This document shows positions 45,063-53,484 of a stretch of DNA of 55,062 nucleotides, piece after piece (the first letter of the stretch is position 1; each line of letters opens with the position of its first letter). The DNA comes from a virus. Where the stretch lies: positions 1 through 55,062 of the IMG/VR virus record IMGVR_UViG_3300012156_000001; one strand, given 5' to 3'. The notes under the pieces were generated by a model, which saw only the letters and a program-made list of their open reading frames with translations, did no database searches and was not told where the DNA came from. Made by a program: the position numbers and the translations under genes.

Positions 45063-45382
45063 AAAATAAGAGCGAAGCGAAAGGAGACAAAATGACAAGG
45101 ACGGAAAAATTAGAACTGGAAAATCTGGTGTTAAAAAATATTCTGGATTGCATTTCAGAAAGTCTTGACGAATTAAAGAGCGCCGATTACGACAAAGATG
45201 GATATATTCTTTTTGCCGGTAGAGTAACGGCACACATTGAAAAGTATCCCGACTGCGCCAAGTTTGCTTTTGATAATGGGTATACCCTGGACTATAGAAA
45301 TTCTGCCTTTTTTAAGAATCAGCCGGACGGTCTGCCCGTTGTGCTGTATCCGGTGAGTGCTGGCAAGAGAAAAACGAAATAG
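45059..45382 (+). CDS. hypothetical protein (107 aa)
   Basis: ATGA coupling to the micro-ORFs; followed by terminator. Confidence 0.6.
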   Translation: MKNKSEAKGDKMTRTEKLELENLVLKNILDCISESLDELKSADYDKDGYILFAGRVTAHIEKYPDCAKFAFDNGYTLDYRNSAFFKNQPDGLPVVLYPVSAGKRKTK

Positions 45383-45393
45383 ATTCAGGCACA

Positions 45394-45427
45394 AGAGACT
45401 TCTTTTTATAGGAGGTCTCTTTTTTTA
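45394..45427 (+). terminator. rho-independent terminator
   Basis: AGAGAC / GTCTCT stem then TTTTTTT. Confidence 0.7.
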
Positions 45428-45541
45428 TTGTATTTTTTTAACACTTTTCCTAAGTTTTATAAGCATTATTCAAATGCTTTTCCTTCCCCTAAATCCATTA
45501 AAATTAACACATTAGGAATGAACGTGACAGGAGGTTTCAAC

Positions 45542-45700
45542 GTGATCGACAAATTAGACGAAGCCTTGACAGATTTAACAGAAATGACACTTGACGCAAT
45601 CAAAGAAGCCAAGGAGAAGAAGCATTTCAGCAAGGATTTTATTGAAGCTGCATGTATCGTTTTGTCTATGAGCTACGGGAGGTTTGGAGATGGTAAGTAA
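45542..45700 (+). CDS. small hypothetical protein (52 aa)
   Basis: GTG 7 nt after AGGAGG. Confidence 0.45.
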   Translation: MIDKLDEALTDLTEMTLDAIKEAKEKKHFSKDFIEAACIVLSMSYGRFGDGK

Positions 45701-45932
45701 TTTAATTCAGCCACCGGCATCCAAGAACGCACCGGCCGGCAAGAAAGAAACCGACAGTCATTCAGTCACCGCCGGGAACTGTGCCAGGCTTTTTGTAAAT
45801 GGGATGGGCGATGCGCAGCGGGAGCGATTCAAATTAATGCTGCAAAGCGGTGTTCAGTGCGGCGAGAGTGTTGCCAGAAGCTATGGCGTGCCGCTGGGTG
45901 ACTTTATAGCGGAGGTACGGAAAATTATATGA
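45690..45932 (+). CDS. hypothetical protein
   Basis: ATG 8 nt after GGGAGG. Confidence 0.5.
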   Translation: MVSNLIQPPASKNAPAGKKETDSHSVTAGNCARLFVNGMGDAQRERFKLMLQSGVQCGESVARSYGVPLGDFIAEVRKII

Positions 45933-46093
45933 GCGAAAAGCAGTTTATTGACCGGATGACGCGGATCGGATACAAAGAGGCAGAAGCGGAGGATATGTTT
46001 GATTTTTACTTATCTATTGATTGCGCGGACAATCTAAATGTTTTGGCATTGATTGGAGAAATACCTATGGGATTACAGGAGGGGCATAAATGA
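45929..46093 (+). CDS. small hypothetical protein (54 aa)
   Basis: ATGA overlaps on both sides; GGAGG upstream. Confidence 0.5.
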   Translation: MSEKQFIDRMTRIGYKEAEAEDMFDFYLSIDCADNLNVLALIGEIPMGLQEGHK

Positions 46094-46512
46094 ATTATTC
46101 TTTTGAAAATGGGACCATAAACAGTTATCCAACCCGCGTTATCGCCGGGAGGGATATCCTGGAATTTCAATCAAACCAGCAGGTCTTGATAGGTCACACA
46201 CTTGAGTATTGTAACGAACTCGAATCAACGCTAAATGAGGCCATATCAAAGGCAGAGGGGTTCTATAACCGCCTTGTGGAGCTGGGCGACATTATACCGC
46301 CGAAGTCAGCAGAAGAGTTGTTGCAGGAGCAGGCAATACAGCAACAGGAAATCAATGCGACTCTTTTGGCAACCATTCAAAAGCTATCTGACAAAATAAC
46401 CAAAATGGAGGAAAAAGATGGACTTAAATTCATTGGTGAGGACAGTAAGCAAAGTGAGCAAAAACGCAGCAGCAAGGATACAGTCAAACCCCGAAAGCAA
46501 ACAGATGCTTGA
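46090..46512 (+). CDS. hypothetical protein (140 aa)
   Basis: ORF; the last 95 nt overlap the next gene. Confidence 0.55.
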   Translation: MNYSFENGTINSYPTRVIAGRDILEFQSNQQVLIGHTLEYCNELESTLNEAISKAEGFYNRLVELGDIIPPKSAEELLQEQAIQQQEINATLLATIQKLSDKITKMEEKDGLKFIGEDSKQSEQKRSSKDTVKPRKQTDA

Positions 46513-46822
46513 TCAGGCCATCCAGGGCGCAAAGCAGTTTGGAAGCAGCGAAGAGGGATTGTACAGAGCCATTGATGCCGTTGGGGGCGCACCCATGGTT
46601 AACAGGATATCGACCATACTGGACCGAAATCCCGCCGTCAAAATAGCTGTAAATGGCATTTTATCAAGCAACGGCTTAAGTCTCAACAAAATAAAAGATC
46701 GATTTCAGGAATCGCAATATAGACAAGCGCCATCTAATTTCAGCGCAAGCCAGTCTTTTCCCACTCGACAGGCGGGTGCTCCGGTAAATTCGTATCGCGA
46801 AAAGCTAGATAGGATGAAATAA
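46418..46822 (+). CDS. hypothetical protein (134 aa)
   Basis: ATG 7 nt after GGAGGAA. Confidence 0.55.
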   Translation: MDLNSLVRTVSKVSKNAAARIQSNPESKQMLDQAIQGAKQFGSSEEGLYRAIDAVGGAPMVNRISTILDRNPAVKIAVNGILSSNGLSLNKIKDRFQESQYRQAPSNFSASQSFPTRQAGAPVNSYREKLDRMK

Positions 46823-46880
46823 AATCAATGTTTATAGGCTTCTGCCTTTAACATAAAAATCATGAAAGGAGATAAAAAAC

Positions 46881-47423
46881 ATGGCAAGTTATAGTATCGA
46901 GAACGATTCTATCGGCGGCGGTGGCCTCGGTTGGGGACTCGGCGGCGGCGGTGGTCTGGGATTTCTGATCATTATTTTGTTATTCTTCGCTTGCTTTTCC
47001 GGCGGTGGGCTGTTTGGCGGCCGTTGTGGTGAAGGACATAATCATGATCGCGACTTTGATGAGGTCCGTAGTCGGCTGACTAATCCTTGCTGCTGCGTAA
47101 GCAATTGTCAGATTGATAAGGATGTTGTCACGTCCAGGGATGCCGGTATCATCGAGCAGAACAAAATTTACGAAAAGAATCTGGAAAGAAAACTGATCGA
47201 GAAAGACATGGTTATCCAGGAGCAGAAGAATCAGCTGTTTGTCAGCGGCATGTTTGCAGAGCTTCAGGAGAATCTGAACGCAAAATTCGGCATGATCGAG
47301 CGCGAACTTGAACACAAGCCCAACGTAACACCCGTATTTGCGGAGACAGTCAGCGCATGTGTTAGAGGCATTGACAGATGCGGACGCGGGGATCGCGATG
47401 ATCGTGGCAATGGTTGGTGCTAA
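46881..47423 (+). CDS. Gly-rich membrane-anchored coiled-coil protein (YjcZ-like N-terminus)
   Basis: GGGGLGWGLGGGGGLGFLIIILLFFACFSGGGLFGG, then coiled coil, Cys clusters CCC and C-terminal C. Confidence 0.6.
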   Translation: MASYSIENDSIGGGGLGWGLGGGGGLGFLIIILLFFACFSGGGLFGGRCGEGHNHDRDFDEVRSRLTNPCCCVSNCQIDKDVVTSRDAGIIEQNKIYEKNLERKLIEKDMVIQEQKNQLFVSGMFAELQENLNAKFGMIERELEHKPNVTPVFAETVSACVRGIDRCGRGDRDDRGNGWC

Positions 47424-47465
47424 CGAAATTGAATAGCGAATCGTACATTTGCCGTTAAAGTGAAA

Positions 47466-47489
47466 GAAAAGCGGCATTAGTCGCTTTTC
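47466..47489. terminator. bidirectional hairpin between convergent genes
   Basis: GAAAAGCG-GCATTAGT-CGCTTTTC then TCTTTTTT. Confidence 0.65.
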
Positions 47490-48139
47490 TCTTTTTTCCA
47501 ATATTTAAGTTCGGCATTCTTGCGGGCTATAATGGCATCGTTTATATCTACACAATATTTAATATGCTTGGACTTTCCATTAATGCTTATCGTGACATGC
47601 CATTTATTGCTTCTTTTATCCCAGCATACGCCCCGACATCCGCTTGTATTATCCGAGCGCACCCTTTGATTGCGGTTTTGTTCAAGCCTGTTTGTCCATT
47701 GGCAATTAGACGGCGTATAGTCACCATTTACGTTTATACGGTCAATAGTCAAATCGTTTGAATAACCATGTGATAATGCCCAATCCCTAAACGGCTCGAA
47801 ATCCTGCCACTTGCTATCTATTTTTATGCCCCTGCCGCCGTAATTTATGTAGCTCTTGTCTCTCGGATTTGTGCAACGTTGCCACATATGGATCCAGCAT
47901 GAATATAATGGAGATTTGCTAATTCCGTGCGTTTTGCTTCTTTTCTGCGTGAATTCACTACGAAAACACCCGCAACTTGTGGACGCACCGCTTTTAAGAT
48001 GATCTCCTTGCACGATGCGTTCTTTTGAGCATTTGCAGCGACATAACCATCGTGTATTTTTGTTCCTGTCATTCTCGGCGCGTTCAAGTACTACCCACCT
48101 CCCGAATTTTTGTCCCGTTAAATCAATGAAATTTGGCAT
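47477..48139 (-). CDS. HNH homing endonuclease with Zn module and AP2 domain
   Basis: LTGQKFGRWVVL..WLCRCKC..SCGC. IDRINVNGDYTPSNCQWTNRLEQNRN (HNH_3-like). GVCWDKRSNKWHVTISINGKSKHI (AP2). Confidence 0.75.
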   Translation of the reverse strand: MPNFIDLTGQKFGRWVVLERAENDRNKNTRWLCRCKCSKERIVQGDHLKSGASTSCGCFRSEFTQKRSKTHGISKSPLYSCWIHMWQRCTNPRDKSYINYGGRGIKIDSKWQDFEPFRDWALSHGYSNDLTIDRINVNGDYTPSNCQWTNRLEQNRNQRVRSDNTSGCRGVCWDKRSNKWHVTISINGKSKHIKYCVDINDAIIARKNAELKYWKKEKSD

Positions 48140-48287
48140 AAAAATACAAACCTCCCGTAATTTGTCGTCCCGAATGTTTATGGTATGGAAGGCGATCGGG
48201 AAACCGCCATTCGGGAGCTACCCTATCCATACCATAATTATTATACCATGAAAACCGTACAAATACAAGGAAAGATGAGGTGAATAG

Positions 48288-48485
48288 ATGCCACTACTTC
48301 AAGTTTTGGGGTTGTTATACGCCGGAACACTAATTGAGAATCCGGAAAAAAGAAAGAAATTTATAGGAATCATAAACGGCGCAAGCGTAAGTATTGAAAA
48401 AGCCGTGAATGGATTCATGGGCAAAGGCGGTGTTGCGGATGAGCCGACAGTGGTTTCGGGCGAGGAAACAACCGATTACCGATAA
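48288..48485 (+). CDS. small hypothetical protein (65 aa)
   Basis: ATG after GATGAGGTGAA. Confidence 0.5.
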   Translation: MPLLQVLGLLYAGTLIENPEKRKKFIGIINGASVSIEKAVNGFMGKGGVADEPTVVSGEETTDYR

Positions 48486-48687
48486 CGAGATTGCTATACG
48501 CAGCTCTGTGGGCGCTTGGTGGGGATCTCTTTTGACCGCTACAATTCTAACCGTCGCGGTGAATAATATGTTAATCAACATGAGAACTCTTGAACTGACA
48601 AAAGAGAATCTTGAAAACACAAGGTACAACGCTTCGAACACTGCCGAAATGATCGAGCAACTCAAACAAATAAATCAAAAAATTTAA
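48439..48687 (+). CDS. small membrane protein; start uncertain
   Basis: TM WWGSLLTATILTVAVNNML followed by a helix; several candidate starts. Confidence 0.4.
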   Translation: MSRQWFRARKQPITDNEIAIRSSVGAWWGSLLTATILTVAVNNMLINMRTLELTKENLENTRYNASNTAEMIEQLKQINQKI

Positions 48688-48699
48688 AGGAGAATAAAA

Positions 48700-49095
48700 A
48701 TGAGTGCATGCAAAAATTGCTTTACGAAACTTGTGTCAACCGCCATTGCTGTGGTTGGTACTGATCTGCAAATTACCGTAACCGGCCCCACGGCCTTGGA
48801 ACCGAGCACAAAATACTGCTTGGTGTTAACATCCCCACTGCCGGAGGCCGGAGAAAGCCTTCCTGTTACAATATTATTGTCAGGGGAAACGGTTGCTATC
48901 CCGCTGCTTAAGACTGTTTGCAGAATCACAACGAGCTGCGGAAAAACAGCACAATGCACCTTTGGCGATCAGGAATTCGGGATTGATCTGCCGGAGCGTG
49001 GCCGGACAAGAATCCCGCTGTACTTGAATAACAATATGGCTGATTTCTTCGATCTTCGTGGAGTGGAACATTTGCGCAGATGCCGGGAGGTGTAG
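48700..49095 (+). CDS. Cys-containing hypothetical protein (131 aa)
   Basis: ATG after AAAGGAGAATAAAA. Confidence 0.6.
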   Translation: MSACKNCFTKLVSTAIAVVGTDLQITVTGPTALEPSTKYCLVLTSPLPEAGESLPVTILLSGETVAIPLLKTVCRITTSCGKTAQCTFGDQEFGIDLPERGRTRIPLYLNNNMADFFDLRGVEHLRRCREV

Positions 49096-49098
49096 GCT

Positions 49099-49299
49099 AT
49101 GTATACACAAAAATATATCGAAAAATTAGATATGGCCATTGACGAATTGGTTAGGTCGGAGTCCAAAGGGCTTACCAAGGCGGAACACGATCTGCACGTG
49201 TTGCTCGAAAACAGAAAGCATATCGAGAGATGGAAAGAGATGCAGAGCGGCACGCACAAAGAGATGATGGACGGCAACCCGCGGACATCTTATTTCTAA
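49099..49299 (+). CDS. small helical protein (66 aa)
   Basis: ATG after GGGAGGTG. Confidence 0.55.
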   Translation: MYTQKYIEKLDMAIDELVRSESKGLTKAEHDLHVLLENRKHIERWKEMQSGTHKEMMDGNPRTSYF

Positions 49300-49311
49300 G
49301 GAGGTAGAAAA

Positions 49312-49860
49312 ATGGTCAATAAAGCCGACTGCATAAGACAGATTCAGAATACCGTGAATTATCTGTATGCATTTGAAGAATTTGAAAATACAGCGTTTGT
49401 CAAGGCCTTATCAATGGGCATCCAAGGGAAAAAGCGCGAGGCACGCATGGAGGGTACCAGAGATGAAAATATCCGAAAATACCTGCAATCAGAAGCGTTC
49501 GATTTGTTCGAGGTTGAGATTTATCCACAAAAAGCAAACGCGTCGTTTCCGAACGTCAACAGTGTTGAAACATTTCTGACGGAGTACCGGAACGGGCTAT
49601 GGGACATGTACTGGAAAATAATGGAAAGCGCAAATATGTTTGCGGCACCACTGTGTCTTAGGGATTTGGCCTGTCCGCTCTATGAACGTGGCAGCTGTAT
49701 CAAATGTGCTATCGTGGACCTGAACCGCAAGATCAAGAGATACGCCGATATGAAAGCGCAGGGGACTGCCCTGCATGATCTCTACATCTATGAGACGACA
49801 GAATACAATAATCACGATGCGGCAGAGAAAAAAGAAGAAAAGATGGGATACAAATATTGA
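49312..49860 (+). CDS. hypothetical protein (182 aa)
   Basis: ATG after AAGGAGG; followed by terminator. Confidence 0.6.
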   Translation: MVNKADCIRQIQNTVNYLYAFEEFENTAFVKALSMGIQGKKREARMEGTRDENIRKYLQSEAFDLFEVEIYPQKANASFPNVNSVETFLTEYRNGLWDMYWKIMESANMFAAPLCLRDLACPLYERGSCIKCAIVDLNRKIKRYADMKAQGTALHDLYIYETTEYNNHDAAEKKEEKMGYKY

Positions 49861-49880
49861 TGCTCTGTACTACAAATTTA

Positions 49881-49908
49881 CCCCCGCCAGTCTTAACTCC
49901 AGCGGGGG
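49881..49908 (+). terminator. GC-rich hairpin terminator
   Basis: CCCCCGC (49881-87) pairs with GCGGGGG (49902-08), then TTCTCTT. Confidence 0.6.
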
Positions 49909-49988
49909 TTCTCTTGACAATCTGTTTCTTAATAAAGTGTATCATCTGTAGTCATTTGTACCGTATTAGATGCCCGACTGTCTATTAT

Positions 49989-50215
49989 CGTGTTGCATTT
50001 CGTGTTGCATAGCATTACATTTACTCATTTTTTGTTCTATTTTTACGGTATATATTATGTACTTCGTTATCCGCAAAGCGCTTAAGTACGGGCATTCGTT
50101 GAATTTGCTTTGTTTTTCAACTTTCCAATTAACGGGCTTTTAACCCGTATACCGTTATTTAAAAGTGGCGTATTTACGTTGAATTTCCCGGTTCGTGTTG
50201 TTTTTCGTGTTGCAT
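49989..50215. repeat. attP-region direct repeats (candidate integrase arm sites)
   Basis: CGTGTTGCAT at 49989, 50001, 50206 and CGTGTTGTTT at 50194. Two pairs with 12-bp spacing, about 205 bp apart. Confidence 0.5.
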
Positions 50216-51418
50216 GAACAATAAAAATTCATTTTTTGAATCTTCCGAATCTTCTTTTTCAAACAAGACAAGCCACGCTTGATATTTTTTTTGGTCAACT
50301 TCGCCGACCTCTGGTTTTATTATATTTTCAAAATAATTATCAATCATGGCATCCACTTTTCTCCGTTCGTCGGGAAGCGTCTGCATATATACGCGTTTCA
50401 TTATCCGATCAGATTTCCAACCTCCCCTTTCTTGCGCATATTTATCAGGTATTCGAAGCAGAGCCATTATAGACGCGCTAAGGTGGCGCAGATCATGAAA
50501 GGTCATATGCGGTAGGCCATTGTCGTTCAATAATCGAATCCACCGTCGGTACAAAGTGTGTCCGCTCATCGGTACAAGTATATCACCATCTACCTGGTGA
50601 ATCAACTGCATAATGTAAGGTGGAATATGATGGGTACGATTCCGGTATTGATTCTTCGCCATGTCCTTGCGGATGGGCTTGCCGCAAACATCAACAATAA
50701 CCTCTGCGATCCTGATACAATCCCCTGATATAGATTTTGATTTTGTCAAACCGCGCACTTCTGACATAGAAAATGATAACCATGCGGCTAATAATACGGC
50801 TAATTCAATTTCGGTACCACGAATGATATCTATCACGGTTTTTGCCGGCAACAATTCCGGTACCCGTTCTTTTATTGGAGGCAATTCCACCTCACATACA
50901 AGCTCTTTGCGATACTTTTTCAAAACAGCAGCAATAAGAGCCCACTCATTTCTTAATCGCTTTGCGGAGATAGTTCTAATACCGTTTTTAATAGATTTTC
51001 GCTGCGATTCCATGTTGACTGCTTCCTGTAAAATTTCTTCATCAAAATCCTTTAACTGCATGTCCATCAAATCGCGAAAACCGCATTTCTGGATGCATCG
51101 ATAATCTTGGATAGTCGTGGGGGAGCGCTCTAGTGGGATGCGACTGTCTATGTATTTGTCAATAGCTTCTGTGAGCGTCATATCGCCATGTATTGCCGGT
51201 TTCTTTGCTGGAGTCTTACCTTTATCCATCTGAAACTGCGCAGCCATATACTGAGCCTCTTTGGCGCTGCCGGCCGTAAAAGATTCATACACCCGCCGTT
51301 GTTTCTGCTTTCCGTTCCCGTCCAGCACTGGCTGACCGGTTGCTTCATAGACCGGTTCGCTATGGCTGTAGGCCAAACACCGCCAGGAGCCACTTGGTAG
51401 TTTTTTTGCTTTTGCCAT
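50174..51418 (-). CDS. int: tyrosine integrase
   Basis: HDLRHLSAS and GGWKSDRIMKRVY catalytic motifs; ATG 51418 6 nt after GGGAGGG (the ORF-track N-extension has no RBS). Confidence 0.9.
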   Translation of the reverse strand: MAKAKKLPSGSWRCLAYSHSEPVYEATGQPVLDGNGKQKQRRVYESFTAGSAKEAQYMAAQFQMDKGKTPAKKPAIHGDMTLTEAIDKYIDSRIPLERSPTTIQDYRCIQKCGFRDLMDMQLKDFDEEILQEAVNMESQRKSIKNGIRTISAKRLRNEWALIAAVLKKYRKELVCEVELPPIKERVPELLPAKTVIDIIRGTEIELAVLLAAWLSFSMSEVRGLTKSKSISGDCIRIAEVIVDVCGKPIRKDMAKNQYRNRTHHIPPYIMQLIHQVDGDILVPMSGHTLYRRWIRLLNDNGLPHMTFHDLRHLSASIMALLRIPDKYAQERGGWKSDRIMKRVYMQTLPDERRKVDAMIDNYFENIIKPEVGEVDQKKYQAWLVLFEKEDSEDSKNEFLLFMQHEKQHEPGNST

Positions 51419-51554
51419 TATCGTCCCTCCCTGACCCTGAGTATAAAAATGCACCCTTGCCGAAAAAATTCCATTAGCAGCAGGGGCAAATTTAAGGTTT
51501 GTGGTAAATACTTTTGCGTGTCGAAACAAGTCGAACCTGTGTTCTATTTTCCTG

Positions 51555-51583
51555 TTGACATGATGTTGGTGTGCAGTTATAAT
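51555..51583 (+). promoter_or_regulatory. consensus sigma70 promoter pointing into the 3' end of the repressor gene
   Basis: -35 TTGACA 51555-60, 17-nt spacer, -10 TATAAT 51578-83. Confidence 0.6.
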
Positions 51584-51645
51584 ATACACATCGGCAAATC
51601 TGTAATGAATATTTGGTTTGCCAGTAGTGAAAGGGGTGTGTATAC

Positions 51646-51756
51646 GTGGATAGTCTCAAAAACGAACTGCATGAATTGATTGACAAAATACATAGCGCAA
51701 AATTCCTGAAAAGTCTCATTAGTTTAATCAGGAGTGTTTTAGAGAGCGAGGATTAG
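51646..51756 (+). CDS. micro-ORF (36 aa)
   Basis: GTG about 8 nt after GAAAGGGG; ELHELIDKIHSAKFLKSLISLIRSVL; overlaps repressor stop by 4 nt. Confidence 0.35.
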   Translation: MDSLKNELHELIDKIHSAKFLKSLISLIRSVLESED

Positions 51757-52154
51757 TCTTCGCTCTCTTTTTCTACCCTTTCTACTCTGTCGATACAAGC
51801 CTTGAATTCCTCATAGATGCTTTCCCATTGTTCGTCCGGAAGTGTTTCTACTATCTTTAGAAGCATTGTAGCCATATTCTTCTTAATGGGACTTCCCACT
51901 TCCATTATCTTCCCGAAGCGTCCATATGTTTCTTCTTCTATGGAAAGATCTTTTTTCATATTGCCCTTGCCGGTCCGCAACCAAACTTCACTTATACTTA
52001 ACTTTTCGCATATTTTCGAAATGTGTATGTCTTTGGGGCTCCTTGTTCCCAGCTCCCACATTGCTACCGTGGACGAACCGACCAATATTTCCTTGCTGAA
52101 TTCTGCTTGGCTCATATTAAGACTTTCCCTTACTTTTTTTATACGCTCTTTCAA
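51753..52154 (-). CDS. CI-like XRE-family repressor
   Basis: TTG start 6 nt after AGGAGG; LNMSQAEFSKEILVGSSTVAMWELG HTH; divergent from early promoter. Confidence 0.8.
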   Translation of the reverse strand: MKERIKKVRESLNMSQAEFSKEILVGSSTVAMWELGTRSPKDIHISKICEKLSISEVWLRTGKGNMKKDLSIEEETYGRFGKIMEVGSPIKKNMATMLLKIVETLPDEQWESIYEEFKACIDRVERVEKESED

Positions 52155-52199
52155 ATTAACACCTCCTTATAAATATAATATATCATATTTTCGCTCACT

Positions 52200-52272
52200 A
52201 AGCAAGTAAAAATTAAAAAAAAGTGTTGACATCTTACTCACGCAGTGGTAATATATACTTACAAAGCAAGTA
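52200..52272 (+). promoter_or_regulatory. early rightward promoter with flanking operator repeats
   Basis: -35 TTGACA 52226-31, 17-nt spacer, -10 TAATAT 52249-54. AAGCAAGTA at 52200-08 and 52264-72. Confidence 0.7.
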
Positions 52273-52329
52273 GGGAGTGAGGTGAGATACATAATATTGA
52301 AAATCAAAGATGTTGAAAGAAAGGAGACT

Positions 52330-53124
52330 ATGAACGAGTTAATTAGAATCAATTATGAATCAGAGCAGCCGACGGTATCAGCGAGGGATTTATATGATTT
52401 GCTTTCAAGTGAAAGCGGATTGGCAGGAACCGAGAGATTTAGCAAGTGGTTTGAACGATATGCCGGATACGGATTTCAGCAGGGAATCGATTTTTCAACC
52501 CCGAACAAAAAAGTACGGGTTCAAATGGAGGGACACAGAACCGTATCGAGGGAGATTGAAGACTATGACTTATCGGTTGACATGGCAAAACAAATTTGCA
52601 TGCTCCAAAGAACTGATAAGGGAATGGAGATAAGACAACACTTTCTCGATTTAGAAAAAGCTTGGAACACTCCCGAACAGGTCATGGCCAGAGCATTAAA
52701 GATGGCCGAGCAATCCATGGCCAGTTTGAAAGACCGCTGCCGGTTCTTGGGTGGACAGGTAGTGGAGCAACAGAAAGTAATCGAGCAGTTGCAACCAAAG
52801 GCATCGTACTACGACTTGATTCTCCAGTGCAAGGATTTGATTGCGACAACGATTATCGCCAAGGATTACGGGATGTCGGCGATAGCGTTCAATAAAATGC
52901 TTCACGAAATGGGAATTCAGTATCAGCAGAGCGGAACTTGGGTTTTATATGCAAAATACCAAGGACAAGGGTATTTGAAGCCAAAAACTCATAATTACGC
53001 CGATGCCGCAGGTATTCAACATTCAAGAGAGCATTCCTATTGGACGCAGAAGGGCAGATTGTTTCTTTACGATTTATTGAAACAAGAATGTATATTGCCC
53101 TTGATGGAAAGGAAGATTGCTTGA
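52330..53124 (+). CDS. antirepressor (AntA-like N-domain, KilAC-like C-domain)
   Basis: VSARDLYDLL..FSKWFERY.. N-domain; IIAKDYGMSAIAFNKMLHEMGIQY..LYAKYQGQGY C-domain. Confidence 0.7.
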   Translation: MNELIRINYESEQPTVSARDLYDLLSSESGLAGTERFSKWFERYAGYGFQQGIDFSTPNKKVRVQMEGHRTVSREIEDYDLSVDMAKQICMLQRTDKGMEIRQHFLDLEKAWNTPEQVMARALKMAEQSMASLKDRCRFLGGQVVEQQKVIEQLQPKASYYDLILQCKDLIATTIIAKDYGMSAIAFNKMLHEMGIQYQQSGTWVLYAKYQGQGYLKPKTHNYADAAGIQHSREHSYWTQKGRLFLYDLLKQECILPLMERKIA

Positions 53125-53153
53125 AAATAAAAAAAAGAAAGTGAGGTGAGAAA

Positions 53154-53312
53154 GTGAAAAAATCCAAAAAGTTGAAGGAACGCCTTGATCAGATTGAAGA
53201 AATCTTGAACGGGACGGATGAATTGTCCCCTAAAGAGAAGCAGATGTTATTCACAACAATATCTACTATATTCAATCTGCATACCATCGCAAGTGATGAA
53301 AAAGTAGGATAA
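53154..53312 (+). CDS. small helical protein (52 aa)
   Basis: GTG after GAGGTGAG. Confidence 0.4.
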   Translation: MKKSKKLKERLDQIEEILNGTDELSPKEKQMLFTTISTIFNLHTIASDEKVG

Positions 53313-53328
53313 GAAAAGGAGAAAAACT

Positions 53329-53484
53329 ATGAAAGTAACAATCAAAGCAACACCCAAAGAAATCGCCACCCTCATAATTGAATTACAAGGGCGGCAGGCA
53401 GCCCCAGTTTATGAGACATTTGCGCCGAAGCTAAAGCTTTCGCTTAATCCGAAAGCCACTCATGATACTGCCGAAGAATCTTAA
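53329..53484 (+). CDS. small hypothetical protein (51 aa)
   Basis: ATG 7 nt after AAAGGAG; 3' end overlaps convergent ORF by 41 nt. Confidence 0.4.
   Translation: MKVTIKATPKEIATLIIELQGRQAAPVYETFAPKLKLSLNPKATHDTAEES

Noticed and set aside
51419-51589. N-terminal 57-aa extension of the integrase ORF (start 51589)
   Set aside because: No RBS is present, the extension has an odd composition, and it would run through the 51555-83 promoter region. ATG 51418 has GGGAGGG 6 nt upstream and gives a typical integrase N-terminus (MAKAKKLPSGSW...).
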